Positions 37,042 through 46,478 of a DNA stretch of 64,000 nucleotides are shown here, one piece after another. The notes under the pieces are model-generated. The model was not told where the DNA came from, ran no database searches, and saw only the letters and a program-made list of their open reading frames with translations. The DNA comes from a virus. Position 1 is the stretch's first letter, and each line of letters begins with the position of its first letter. The DNA lies in the IMG/VR virus record IMGVR_UViG_3300049491_000850, positions 31,516-95,515 of that record. The stretch is one strand, 5' to 3'. The translations under genes and the position numbers were made by a program.

Positions 37042-37879
37042 TATAAACAGTCCCTTGGATAAGAAATATGTATTTCCACCACCCGGAATAATGAACAAAG
37101 CAGTAGCTAAATTTGCAACTCATGTGGTTTTGTTTGGACAAGACAAATGGATAATGAGAAATCTTATGAACGCGTATCCACACGTTGAAAAGATTTATGT
37201 TGCGTACAGTGAGAAACCTTGGAACTACAATCCAAATGCACGTAATCAATATAAGAATTCGTTTGATATTAATCTCATTCGTAATTCTGAGTTTGCTGAT
37301 AAGGTTGTTATTATTGAAGGTGTATGGGACACAGAAGAACAACAACGTAATGCATGTGCAGAACAAGCAGCAAAGGATGGGATGGATTATCTAATCATCC
37401 ACGATGCGGATGAATTCTATTTTGATAAAGACTTTAGAAATTTGAAAAAAGTGATTGAAGAGAATCCTGATTTCGATTACTATAAAGTAGCGTGGCATTG
37501 TTTCTGGAAAAGTTTTAATTATGTTTTACTTGATGCGCAGGGAGATGATATTACTGGCTATCCTGAGTTCTGTATTAATCTAAAAAAGGGTGTGAGATTC
37601 GCTTCAAAGAGAAGACCGAATAGACCATACCATAAAATAATTACGAAGGATAATGGCGTATGTTATCATGGTTCCTATGTCTTGACAAACGAAGAATTAC
37701 TTGAAAAGATCAATACTTGGGGTCATACGAACGACTTCAATAAGGATCAGTGGTATAAGGAAAAATGGTTAAAATGGACAGAGGAAAGTACTGATCTTCA
37801 TCTAGTTAGTCCTAGTGCATGGTCAAAAGCAAAACGCTTTACAGGTGAACTTCCAGAGGTAATTGCTAATATGAAATAA
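37031..37879 (+). CDS. glycosyltransferase family 2-like
   Basis: E.QQRN, IIHDADEF, H.SYV....K...WGH. Confidence 0.75.
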   Translation: MASNINSPLDKKYVFPPPGIMNKAVAKFATHVVLFGQDKWIMRNLMNAYPHVEKIYVAYSEKPWNYNPNARNQYKNSFDINLIRNSEFADKVVIIEGVWDTEEQQRNACAEQAAKDGMDYLIIHDADEFYFDKDFRNLKKVIEENPDFDYYKVAWHCFWKSFNYVLLDAQGDDITGYPEFCINLKKGVRFASKRRPNRPYHKIITKDNGVCYHGSYVLTNEELLEKINTWGHTNDFNKDQWYKEKWLKWTEESTDLHLVSPSAWSKAKRFTGELPEVIANMK

Positions 37880-37898
37880 AAGAACTAAAATTGCGATA

Positions 37899-38924
37899 AT
37901 GATATTGATTGTCTTTGGTACTAGACCAGAATTCCTAAAAGTAAAACCTTTAATCGAAACTCTTTCTAAATTAAACTTAGAGTTCTACACTGTGTTTACA
38001 TCACAACATAAAGATATTGTGCCAAAGGATTTTCCTGTTGGCTTGAGATTACCTGATATTGAGGCGGGTGGAAATAGACTTTCATCTGTGTTGGCACAGA
38101 CAGTATATAATTTATCAGAAGTTCTTGATAAGAACGACCAAATAAAATATGTACTTGTACAAGGTGACACGACTACAGCACTGGCTGGTGCACTTGCTGC
38201 TATAAATGCACAGAGAAAAGTAATTCATCTTGAGGCAGGATTGAGAACGTATGATTACGAGAATCCATATCCAGAAGAATTTAATCGTCAGTTGATTTCA
38301 AAATTAACCGACATACATCTTTGTCCAACAAAAGAAAATTATGATAATCTTATTTCTGAAAAGGGAGTTGAAGGTAAAAAATTTATTGTAGGAAATACGA
38401 TTCTCGATTCACTGGTTCCTTTAAAGGGAAAGGTTGAATATGGAAATACTATTTTGGTTACGTTACATAGAAGAGAGAATCACGATAAGATTGATGTGTG
38501 GTTTCGTGAGATCAATCGTCTTGCAAAGATTTATGAAGATTATAAATTCATTCTTCCTCTTCATCCAAATCCAAATGTTCAGAAACATAAGGACATATTA
38601 ACACATGTTGAGGTTGTTCCACCGATGGAACATAAAGATTTTCTTGAAAAATTGGTTAAGTGTCGTATGGTGATCAGTGATAGCGGTGGTATTCAAGAAG
38701 AATGCTCATTCTTTAAAAAGAAGGTAATAGTATGTCGAAAAATAACGGAAAGACCTGAATCCGTGGGCACTACAAGTATTTTGTGTGCCGATCCAGAAAA
38801 ACTCGTATCTTTGTTCACATTAAACAATTACAAGTTCGATGTAACCGAATTTGACTGCCCTTACGGTGACGGAACTGCAACAACACAAATCATAGATATT
38901 TTTCAACGTGAAATCTATAGCTAA
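37899..38924 (+). CDS. wecB: UDP-N-acetylglucosamine 2-epimerase
   Basis: FGTRPE, QH, VQGDTT, HLEAGLRT, PEE.NR, VGNT..D, TLHRREN, SDSGGIQEE, TERPE, PYGDG. Confidence 0.95.
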   Translation: MILIVFGTRPEFLKVKPLIETLSKLNLEFYTVFTSQHKDIVPKDFPVGLRLPDIEAGGNRLSSVLAQTVYNLSEVLDKNDQIKYVLVQGDTTTALAGALAAINAQRKVIHLEAGLRTYDYENPYPEEFNRQLISKLTDIHLCPTKENYDNLISEKGVEGKKFIVGNTILDSLVPLKGKVEYGNTILVTLHRRENHDKIDVWFREINRLAKIYEDYKFILPLHPNPNVQKHKDILTHVEVVPPMEHKDFLEKLVKCRMVISDSGGIQEECSFFKKKVIVCRKITERPESVGTTSILCADPEKLVSLFTLNNYKFDVTEFDCPYGDGTATTQIIDIFQREIYS

Positions 38925-39567
38925 CATAATTTACGAACAAGAACTAAGCAACTATTCGAAGGTTGAATGGGTGAATTATGTTCATTATAATCATCCATCA
39001 ATGCAAATTCATCTTCATTGTGATTTGACATTGCCAACCCTTGTGATTGGATGGAATTTATTCAAAACAAAGTTTCCACATTTAAAACCAAATATTCTTA
39101 CCAAAGAATATGGTAGAATTCGTTGGGAGTTTAGCATGGAAGAAAGAATCACGGATCACTTCAATGGTATCGCAAACTTCATGAAAGTTTCTCCACGACA
39201 GTACGTTGAAAGCTACAAGTATAAAAATATTGATCCAGTTAGAGATAATCTTCTCGATGAAGATGAATTGATAAAACATCTGATTGTTTTTTCAAATCTC
39301 TTTAGTTCGAATGCCTATCAATATAAGGATGAAATGATCTATCTATATTCTCGTACAACCTTTGAAATTACGGGGTTGCATTTGAACGCATATAGGTATT
39401 TTGGTTTTGATACTGAAAAGATTACCAACTATATTTTCGACCGTGTTCGTCAGAGTTCAAAAAACATAGCCACACTGGACACGGATGGTCTCGTTTATCA
39501 GTCATTTTACAAGCAATTCCCCGAATTTGACCAATTAAAGCGTTCTATCGTGCTTTTTTTATCGTAG
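38908..39567 (+). CDS. hypothetical protein
   Basis: 219-aa ORF, LPTLVIGW motif, GTG start overlapping wecB. Confidence 0.6.
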   Translation: MKSIANIIYEQELSNYSKVEWVNYVHYNHPSMQIHLHCDLTLPTLVIGWNLFKTKFPHLKPNILTKEYGRIRWEFSMEERITDHFNGIANFMKVSPRQYVESYKYKNIDPVRDNLLDEDELIKHLIVFSNLFSSNAYQYKDEMIYLYSRTTFEITGLHLNAYRYFGFDTEKITNYIFDRVRQSSKNIATLDTDGLVYQSFYKQFPEFDQLKRSIVLFLS

Positions 39568-39595
39568 TTCTGTATTTATAAGAAACTTCGGTAAC

Positions 39596-39763
39596 ATGAG
39601 TAACAAAAAGCAAACAGCCATTGATCGTTTTCTTAATAGCGAACCTGTCGGACAAACAAAACAACGTAAAGTTGTTCTTGATTCAAGAGAAGGTTTGATT
39701 GAAAGAATCGACAAAATCCTTGTAACAAAGGAAGGCAAACAATTATTGAGAGAACAGTATTAA
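39596..39763 (+). CDS. small protein (55 aa), probably head-associated
   Basis: Below track cut-off. MSNKKQTAIDRFLNSEPVGQTKQRKVVLDSREGLIERIDKILVTKEGKQLLREQY; late motif at 39572-39580 directly upstream. Confidence 0.7.
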   Translation: MSNKKQTAIDRFLNSEPVGQTKQRKVVLDSREGLIERIDKILVTKEGKQLLREQY

Positions 39764-39778
39764 TCGGTTGAACGGTAT

Positions 39779-40528
39779 ATGAGTCACAAAAAATCATTAA
39801 GAGAGCATCTTGAGCGTATGAAGTATGTCTCTGGTTATGCAATTAACGAAACTCCAAAATACAAGTCGTTGGTTGGTGGTTCTGAATTTGACACTTTACC
39901 TGAATACTTGAAAGAAGCACCGTCAGGTGGAACAGGAGCACCAGACGCTGGTCTTCCTCCACTACCTGATGCAACTGCTGGCGCACCCGCACCAGACGCT
40001 TCGGGAGCACCTGCTGGTGCAATGCCAGCAGCACCACCAGATGCAGCACCAGTGAACGGTACAGGCGCACCCACACCTCCACCGGAGAATGTGAACGTAG
40101 ACATTTCGACAACAGCACCTGCGGAACAACCACCTTCTGAGCAACCTATGCCAGAACCAGTGGAAACTCCTGAGATGTTGCAAAAGAAAGCAATGGAACT
40201 TCAATTGGATGCACTTAAAAAGATGTCATTTAAGATTGACGATTTAGGTAGTGCGGTTGATAGTTTAAACCAAAGAATGGAAATCTATTCCGATGAAGTC
40301 GAAGAAGTTAGAGAACCTAGCGACATGGAAAAATTCGAGAATAGAAAAATCGATAGCAGTCCCTATTATTATAACTTGAACGATTTGTGGAAAGGCGACA
40401 ACTTTAAAGCAAGAATGGATCAGTTTTCTAAAGGGTATGTAAAAACCGAAGACGGTTATGTAGCTGATTTCGATGATCTTCCTAAACTAGCACCACACGA
40501 AGTAAAAGCAAGTTTTGACGATTTTTAA
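39779..40528 (+). CDS. putative head scaffold / internal protein with Pro/Ala-rich linker
   Basis: N-terminal SLREHLERMKYVSGY, PAPDA repeats, coiled coil, S.PY..NL.D.W. Confidence 0.55.
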   Translation: MSHKKSLREHLERMKYVSGYAINETPKYKSLVGGSEFDTLPEYLKEAPSGGTGAPDAGLPPLPDATAGAPAPDASGAPAGAMPAAPPDAAPVNGTGAPTPPPENVNVDISTTAPAEQPPSEQPMPEPVETPEMLQKKAMELQLDALKKMSFKIDDLGSAVDSLNQRMEIYSDEVEEVREPSDMEKFENRKIDSSPYYYNLNDLWKGDNFKARMDQFSKGYVKTEDGYVADFDDLPKLAPHEVKASFDDF

Positions 40529-40578
40529 CATCGCCCAAAGGGTGAAGGTTCTGGTCTGACGATACCGTATTCGTCCAA

Positions 40579-40601
40579 CGCATCTACGGGATGCGTTTTT
40601 T
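40579..40601 (+). terminator. intrinsic terminator
   Basis: ACGCATC-tacgg-GATGCGT followed by T run. Confidence 0.65.
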
Positions 40602-40750
40602 AATATTAACAGAATAGGAGTGTATCAGACTACGGTTATTTTACATTCTGCTAATACTGCCAAAATTGGAGTAATTAGTTTCGAGGCACGATATGACAAG
40701 TTTTGTATCGTGCCTTGCGTTTTTCCAAGTATTTATAGAAAAAATAAGCG

Positions 40751-42151
40751 GTGTCAGTATACAGATCATATTTCCAGAAAAACAACACTCTCATTCAGAA
40801 TAATGAGTTGAACGTTTCCCAAAATCCAGTTGGTGAAATCTCATACGGTTCTATGCAAAGAACTGTAAGTAGAATCATTTTCAAAACTGATCTTGAACTG
40901 TTGGCAGAAAAGATTCTTGCCGAAGGTATTGATCCTAATAAGATTGTATCACACACTCTTCATTTTACGAACACGGTTTCTGAGAAACCGAAAGAAGTTG
41001 GCGAATATTCATATTCTCGTGAAATTGAAAGAGCAAGTAGTTTTGACCTTGAATTGTTTACTCTTCTTGAAGATTGGGACGAAGGTCGTGGTTATTTTTT
41101 TAGCTACAACGATGATGAATTAATTCGTGTTCCAAAAGGTGCAAGTAACTGGTATTTTAGACAGACTGCAATTCCTTGGTCTGAGGCTGGTGGATTTACT
41201 ACTGGCACTACAGGTATGACAGGTTCATCCGTGGTCATCGGAACACAACACTTTGAAAAGGGTAATGAAAATATTAATATTGATGTAACAGACTATATAA
41301 ACAGTTTGTTATTTGTAAGTGGAACAACCGACTTTGGTCTTGGATTAAAAATGACTGATCTTCTTGAAGGTCTTCAATTATTAAAGAGAAGAGCAGTTGC
41401 TTTCCATATGAAAAACACCAATACGTTTTACGAACCGTACATTGAGACGGTTATCGAAGACGGTATTTCTGATGATCGTAATTTCTTCATTATGGATAAG
41501 GACAATGAATTGTACTTATATAGTAATGCAGGTGACGTAACGATTTCAGGTGTAACGATTTATGATTTTAACGGAGACGTTTATCAGGTCATTCCAGCAT
41601 CCGGTGTAACCAGAGTAAAAACAGGAATATACAAAGCGACTGTGCAAGTGGACTCTGCTGATTATCCCGATGCGGTTATTTTTAAGGACGTTTGGACTAT
41701 TTTCCAGAACGGAAAAGAAAAAAAGATTTCTTATGATTTCTATTTGGTTAATTCGGAAAGTTTTTATAGTTTTGGTTTGTCTAACAGATTAAACCCCGAT
41801 AACTTTCACTTTTCCTACTTTGGAATAAACTCTGGCGAATCCATCAAAAGAGGAAACAAACGTAGAATCGAAGTCATTATCAAGCAGTTATATAAAAACC
41901 TTGATAGTAATTTACCATTAAATCTTGAGTATCGCTTGTTCATCAAGCAAAGTAACGATGTCGAAATCGACATTATACCTTATACCAAGGTTGACCGCAC
42001 TGTAGCTGGATATGAGTTCACCCTAGATACTTCATGGTTAATTCCACAAGATTATTATTTAGATGTGAAAATTTCTGACGGCACAGTATTTAATAGTAAG
42101 ACACCTATCGGATTCACAATTGTTTCAGATGATGCCTTTACCAAAAGTTAA
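40751..42151 (+). CDS. virion structural protein (DNRLRE-like beta domain)
   Basis: SRIIFK.D, L.EDWDEG.G, ASNW, W...GG, Q.F..G.E.I.IDVTD; late motif at 40729-40737. Confidence 0.55.
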   Translation: MSVYRSYFQKNNTLIQNNELNVSQNPVGEISYGSMQRTVSRIIFKTDLELLAEKILAEGIDPNKIVSHTLHFTNTVSEKPKEVGEYSYSREIERASSFDLELFTLLEDWDEGRGYFFSYNDDELIRVPKGASNWYFRQTAIPWSEAGGFTTGTTGMTGSSVVIGTQHFEKGNENINIDVTDYINSLLFVSGTTDFGLGLKMTDLLEGLQLLKRRAVAFHMKNTNTFYEPYIETVIEDGISDDRNFFIMDKDNELYLYSNAGDVTISGVTIYDFNGDVYQVIPASGVTRVKTGIYKATVQVDSADYPDAVIFKDVWTIFQNGKEKKISYDFYLVNSESFYSFGLSNRLNPDNFHFSYFGINSGESIKRGNKRRIEVIIKQLYKNLDSNLPLNLEYRLFIKQSNDVEIDIIPYTKVDRTVAGYEFTLDTSWLIPQDYYLDVKISDGTVFNSKTPIGFTIVSDDAFTKS

Positions 42152-42259
42152 AATTTATTTGTTGATTTATTAAAAGTTTGTTGAAAAGTTTTTTGTTGTT
42201 GAGTTTTAGTTTGTAGTAAAAATTGTTGATATAATATAAATTTAAATGTTGATCTATCT

Positions 42260-43480
42260 ATGGAACAAGTAGAAAATGCGGCATTGGAACAAGGTTCTGA
42301 TGCAGAAGCACTTGACAGTCTCTTTAACAAGTATAAAGAACGAGACGAAAAGAAAGGTAAATTTCTTTCAAAAGAAGAATTACTCGCGAAATATTTTAAC
42401 CCGCGCAAGGACACCGAAATTTTTAGAGCGTTACCAAAACGCCAAGGTGAGGAACTAATCGAAGAAGGTTATTTCCACAAAGTCCAAGCAGGTGAGTACA
42501 CGTCAAACACGACTGCTGTATATTGCCCTGCGAAAAATAACCCTAAGACACAAGCTGTTGACAAAGACGGCAAATTAGTTGTTGATCAAAATGGTCAGCC
42601 AACTATGCTTGCACAATATTGTCCTTTGTGTGCTAAGGCTGCTGCTATCAAAGCAAAGCAAAACAAGTCTATCATTGGTAAGAAAGAGAAAGACATTACC
42701 GATCCTGCGGAATTAGCGATCTTTAAGAAGAACAAAGAATTGTTCACTCACTCTAGTAAGTTCGAAGCGAAACTTTATTATATCGTTCGCGGTATTGATA
42801 GAGGCGCAGAAAAAGATGGCGTGAAATTCTGGAGATTCAAACATAACTTCAAGAGCCAAGGTGTTCATGACAAGTTGTGGAAACCAATCATCCAAGCATT
42901 CTACAAGCAAACAGGCAAACTTTACAATGATGTGAAGGAAGGCGTTGATCTTATGATCACTGTTTCTGATAATGAATTTGCTGGAAGAAAGTTCCGCGAT
43001 GTGACTGCAATCACTCCACGTATTCCTCAGTCACCACTTCATACTGATCCGCTTATAGCGAAGCAGTTGTTGGACGACAAGGCAACATGGAGAGAAGTGT
43101 TCAAGCCTAAGAAAGCACCGGGCATTGATGAACTTACGTATTTGAAACTTGCTGCCGAAGAAAGAGCAGTTGGTCAACAATACGACATGCGTAATACACC
43201 GTATTACGATGAAAAAATTAAGAGATGGATTTTCCCAAATCACCCTGATCTTGAAGAAGTAGCCAATACGAAGAATCGTAATTTGGATGCTGATCAATCA
43301 CAGGAGTATGACATCCCGGATGAAGGGTACGTTGCAGCAGCAACATCTGTCGTGAGTCAGAACAATGCTGACATTACTCAAATGAGTACTGCTGCCCCTA
43401 CTGAAACTAAGTCTGAACTTGGTGCGGTAGATTTAGGTTCACCTGCTAGTGCAGGAGCCTATGATGATCTTCCTTTCTAA
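42260..43480 (+). CDS. single-stranded DNA-binding protein (gp32-like)
   Basis: FH, CP...CPLC, V.GIDR....GVKFW.F, G.DL.IT; acidic tail ending DDLPF. Confidence 0.8.
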   Translation: MEQVENAALEQGSDAEALDSLFNKYKERDEKKGKFLSKEELLAKYFNPRKDTEIFRALPKRQGEELIEEGYFHKVQAGEYTSNTTAVYCPAKNNPKTQAVDKDGKLVVDQNGQPTMLAQYCPLCAKAAAIKAKQNKSIIGKKEKDITDPAELAIFKKNKELFTHSSKFEAKLYYIVRGIDRGAEKDGVKFWRFKHNFKSQGVHDKLWKPIIQAFYKQTGKLYNDVKEGVDLMITVSDNEFAGRKFRDVTAITPRIPQSPLHTDPLIAKQLLDDKATWREVFKPKKAPGIDELTYLKLAAEERAVGQQYDMRNTPYYDEKIKRWIFPNHPDLEEVANTKNRNLDADQSQEYDIPDEGYVAAATSVVSQNNADITQMSTAAPTETKSELGAVDLGSPASAGAYDDLPF

Positions 43481-43501
43481 GACAAAGCAAAGATCATGAT
43501 T

Positions 43502-43532
43502 AAGGAGAAGCGATTTAGTTCGCTTCTCTTTT
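43502..43532 (+). terminator. intrinsic terminator
   Basis: GAGAAGCGA-tttagt-TCGCTTCTC followed by TTTT. Confidence 0.7.
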
Positions 43533-43559
43533 AATAACCTTATTCCAATACTTTATGGG

Positions 43560-44654
43560 ATGCCAGAATTACCAAAAAAATTACCAATACAGAAGAAGTC
43601 TTTTTCATTAGACGACTTCAAGAAAAAAACAGGCAGCATTGATGTGCCTGATAAGAAAACAGAATTCATACCGCTATCTTCTGCCTTCAAAAAAGGAACA
43701 GGATTACCGGGAATACCGAAAGGTTATACAACATTATTCAGAGGTTTTTCAAACACTGGAAAATCAACTGCATTGTGTGAAACATTAGTAGCTGCTCAAA
43801 AGCTAGGAATACTTCCAATTATCATTGATACAGAAAACAACCTTGGACGTGAACGTTTGAAGGCAATGGGTTTTGATTGGGATGGTGGATTTTATATTGA
43901 GATCGATAACGAATTTTTATTAGAGAAATTCGGTAAAGCTAAAGAACCAAAGAAGATGGAAGCATCTATTGAAGATTTAGCTGATGCAATTCACTTCTAT
44001 CTTGATAAGCAAGAATCAGGTGAACTACCATTCGATATTTTATTTGCGATTGACTCGTTAGGTACATTAGATTGTGACATGACAGTAAGAGCGAAGTTAA
44101 ATGAGACTGGTCAGAACAACATGTGGAATGCTGGTGCGTTCGAAAGAGCGTTCAAATCAATTTTGAATTACCGTATTCCTAATTCTCGTAAAACAACGAA
44201 GCAATACACAAACACTTTGATTGGTGTTCAGAAGATTTGGTTAGAATCCAATCCTGTTGGTCAACCAACGGTGAGACACAAAGGTGGTGATGCATTCTTA
44301 TTTGGTGCGAGATTGATTATCCATCACGGTGGAAAGAAAAGCCAAGGTATCAAATACATTAGTGCGATCTCTAAGGGAACTGAAATCTCTTTTGGTATTC
44401 AAACCAATATTGAATCAGTGAAGACTCAAATTGATGGCGACTATGGTGGTATATCGATCCAAGGTGACATTATTTCAACTCCGCATGGTTTCATTGGCAC
44501 ATCGCCAGAAGAGATCGCTGAGTATAAGAAGAATCACTTATCTTATTTCAGAGATAAGTTAGGTTCCGACTTGAAAGAGAGTGACATCGAAACCAAAGTA
44601 GATATTTCTGCTATGGACGATGATGAAGCAAAAGCAATTTTTAACGAAATGTAA
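43560..44654 (+). CDS. recA: RecA/UvsX-like recombinase
   Basis: GIPKG, Walker A GFSNTGKST, IIDTE, AIDSLG, KGG.A. Confidence 0.85.
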   Translation: MPELPKKLPIQKKSFSLDDFKKKTGSIDVPDKKTEFIPLSSAFKKGTGLPGIPKGYTTLFRGFSNTGKSTALCETLVAAQKLGILPIIIDTENNLGRERLKAMGFDWDGGFYIEIDNEFLLEKFGKAKEPKKMEASIEDLADAIHFYLDKQESGELPFDILFAIDSLGTLDCDMTVRAKLNETGQNNMWNAGAFERAFKSILNYRIPNSRKTTKQYTNTLIGVQKIWLESNPVGQPTVRHKGGDAFLFGARLIIHHGGKKSQGIKYISAISKGTEISFGIQTNIESVKTQIDGDYGGISIQGDIISTPHGFIGTSPEEIAEYKKNHLSYFRDKLGSDLKESDIETKVDISAMDDDEAKAIFNEM

Positions 44655-44660
44655 TTTTTT

Positions 44661-44692
44661 CCGGGGCGTGAGCAATTGCGTCCCGGTTTTTT
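44661..44692 (+). terminator. intrinsic terminator
   Basis: CCGGGGCG...CGTCCCGG followed by T6. Confidence 0.7.
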
Positions 44693-44697
44693 AACTT

Positions 44698-45750
44698 ATG
44701 GATACTAAAACATTACTCGTAGATGGTTCGTATCTCTTGAAGAGATCGTATCATGGAGCAAAAGGTAGTTACACAAAGTCAGGATACATGGGCGGTGTAT
44801 ACGGCTTTCTAACGATGGTTAGAAAGTTTATTAAAGACCATAAGATAAATAAAGTAGTACTTGTTTGGGATGGTGAGAATGGAGGAATAGCACGTCACCG
44901 CATTGATCACATGTACAAGTCTAATCGAAAAGATAAGTCATGGTACACGCAGATTCAATTGAGTGATGCTGAGATTCGAGCAGAGAAAGAAAAAGATCAA
45001 TCCATACTTCTTCAACGTAAGAAGGTTCAGATGTACGCAGAAGAACTTTTTTTGAGACAAATAGAAGTGTTCGAGATTGAAGCTGATGATATTATTGCAG
45101 CATACTGTCATAAGAACCATAAGAAAGAAGAAATTATCCTTTACACCAACGACAAGGACTTTTTACAATTACTTACGTTAGATATTTCGATCTATCTTGA
45201 AAGCGAGAAGTCTATTGTGGAGTCTGGAAACTTTTTCCAGTTCTTTCCATACTTCTATAAGAACGCACTTACTATGAAAATATTGTGCGGAGATAAAGCA
45301 GACAAGATTGAAGGAATAAAGGGACTACAGGAGACAACTTTGTTGGAACACTTCCCTGAATTGATCGATAGTGAAGTGAGTGTACGCCACATCTGTAAGC
45401 GTTCAGTCGAAATTAATGAAGAAAGAAAAACAAGAAAATTAAAGCCATTGTTAGCATTGGCTAATATAACCAAAAATGTTGAAAGGTTAAAAACTAATCA
45501 CAGTTTAATGAATTTGTTTGAACCGTTTCTGAGCACAGAAGCGTACCAAGCAATTGATGATCTGGAAGTTCCCTTATCAGACGAAAATAGAGGTGGCGAT
45601 GGTTTGTATAAAATGATGATGGAAGATGATTTCCTCTCACTTTACTCCAACTACGGAAACTACGCAAGTTATGTTCAACCATTCTATCAAGTCATTTCCA
45701 GAGAAAAAGATTTGTTAAAAAAATATAACAAGATTCATTTGAATAGTTGA
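44698..45750 (+). CDS. 5'-3' exonuclease / flap endonuclease (T4 RNase H-like)
   Basis: LLVDG, VWDG, YK.NR, EADDIIA, DKDF.QL, GDKAD.I.GI.G. Confidence 0.9.
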   Translation: MDTKTLLVDGSYLLKRSYHGAKGSYTKSGYMGGVYGFLTMVRKFIKDHKINKVVLVWDGENGGIARHRIDHMYKSNRKDKSWYTQIQLSDAEIRAEKEKDQSILLQRKKVQMYAEELFLRQIEVFEIEADDIIAAYCHKNHKKEEIILYTNDKDFLQLLTLDISIYLESEKSIVESGNFFQFFPYFYKNALTMKILCGDKADKIEGIKGLQETTLLEHFPELIDSEVSVRHICKRSVEINEERKTRKLKPLLALANITKNVERLKTNHSLMNLFEPFLSTEAYQAIDDLEVPLSDENRGGDGLYKMMMEDDFLSLYSNYGNYASYVQPFYQVISREKDLLKKYNKIHLNS

Positions 45751-45796
45751 TGGAATTACTTATAATTGCTTTGTACAACGATCAACCGACACCTAT

Positions 45797-46465
45797 ATGT
45801 CAGAAGTAAAAAAAGGAGAAAATCATTTTAAATTTGGACTCTATCTAAGAGGGGAAAAAATTTATGAAAAAATATTTAGTGCAGACATTTACAACCCTGT
45901 AGTACGTTACTCCGTTGATATTCGTGAGAGAATTCCATCGATTATTGAAAACATTCAGAACGTATTGAAAGCAACTGAGTTAACGTTTGAAGATTCTTAT
46001 GGTGTAAACACCAAGAATTATTACAGACACATTTGCAAGATTAACCGCATGCATCCGATCAAATTATTCGTTCCAACGAATTATTCTAAAGATCGCGATG
46101 GACAACAGAAAACGAAATTCCAAGGGAAGGGAACTGAGTTTAAATTTGGTGTATACATCAATTCAAACCCAATTGTTGAACGTAACTTTTACGTAGATAA
46201 TTACAATCCCGATGCGCGTTTCTCAAACGAACTTCCAGAAGTACTAAATGATATTGTTGACTACCTTACCTCTTATTTAAAGAGCAGCGATGTCAACCAC
46301 ATGTGGAACGACTACGATTTGATAATGACCTACGAATTGAACATTCAACAAGTACGGGAATTATCTAAAGATAGACGTGAAGAGTTTCTTAAAAGAAAAT
46401 CTGATCCTGCCTTTGTTGAAAAGGTAAGATTAGACTTCAATAAAGGGAACGAATTCACATCTTAA
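45797..46465 (+). CDS. hypothetical protein with internal domain duplication
   Basis: FKFGLYL...IYEKIF.AD.YNP..R.S repeated as FKFGVYI...IVERNF.VD.YNP..R.S. Confidence 0.65.
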   Translation: MSEVKKGENHFKFGLYLRGEKIYEKIFSADIYNPVVRYSVDIRERIPSIIENIQNVLKATELTFEDSYGVNTKNYYRHICKINRMHPIKLFVPTNYSKDRDGQQKTKFQGKGTEFKFGVYINSNPIVERNFYVDNYNPDARFSNELPEVLNDIVDYLTSYLKSSDVNHMWNDYDLIMTYELNIQQVRELSKDRREEFLKRKSDPAFVEKVRLDFNKGNEFTS

Positions 46466-46478
46466 ATAGTCATGGAAC

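Noticed and set aside
40550-40600. Hammerhead ribozyme (CTGACGA)
   Set aside because: No GAAA core or compatible three-stem arrangement.
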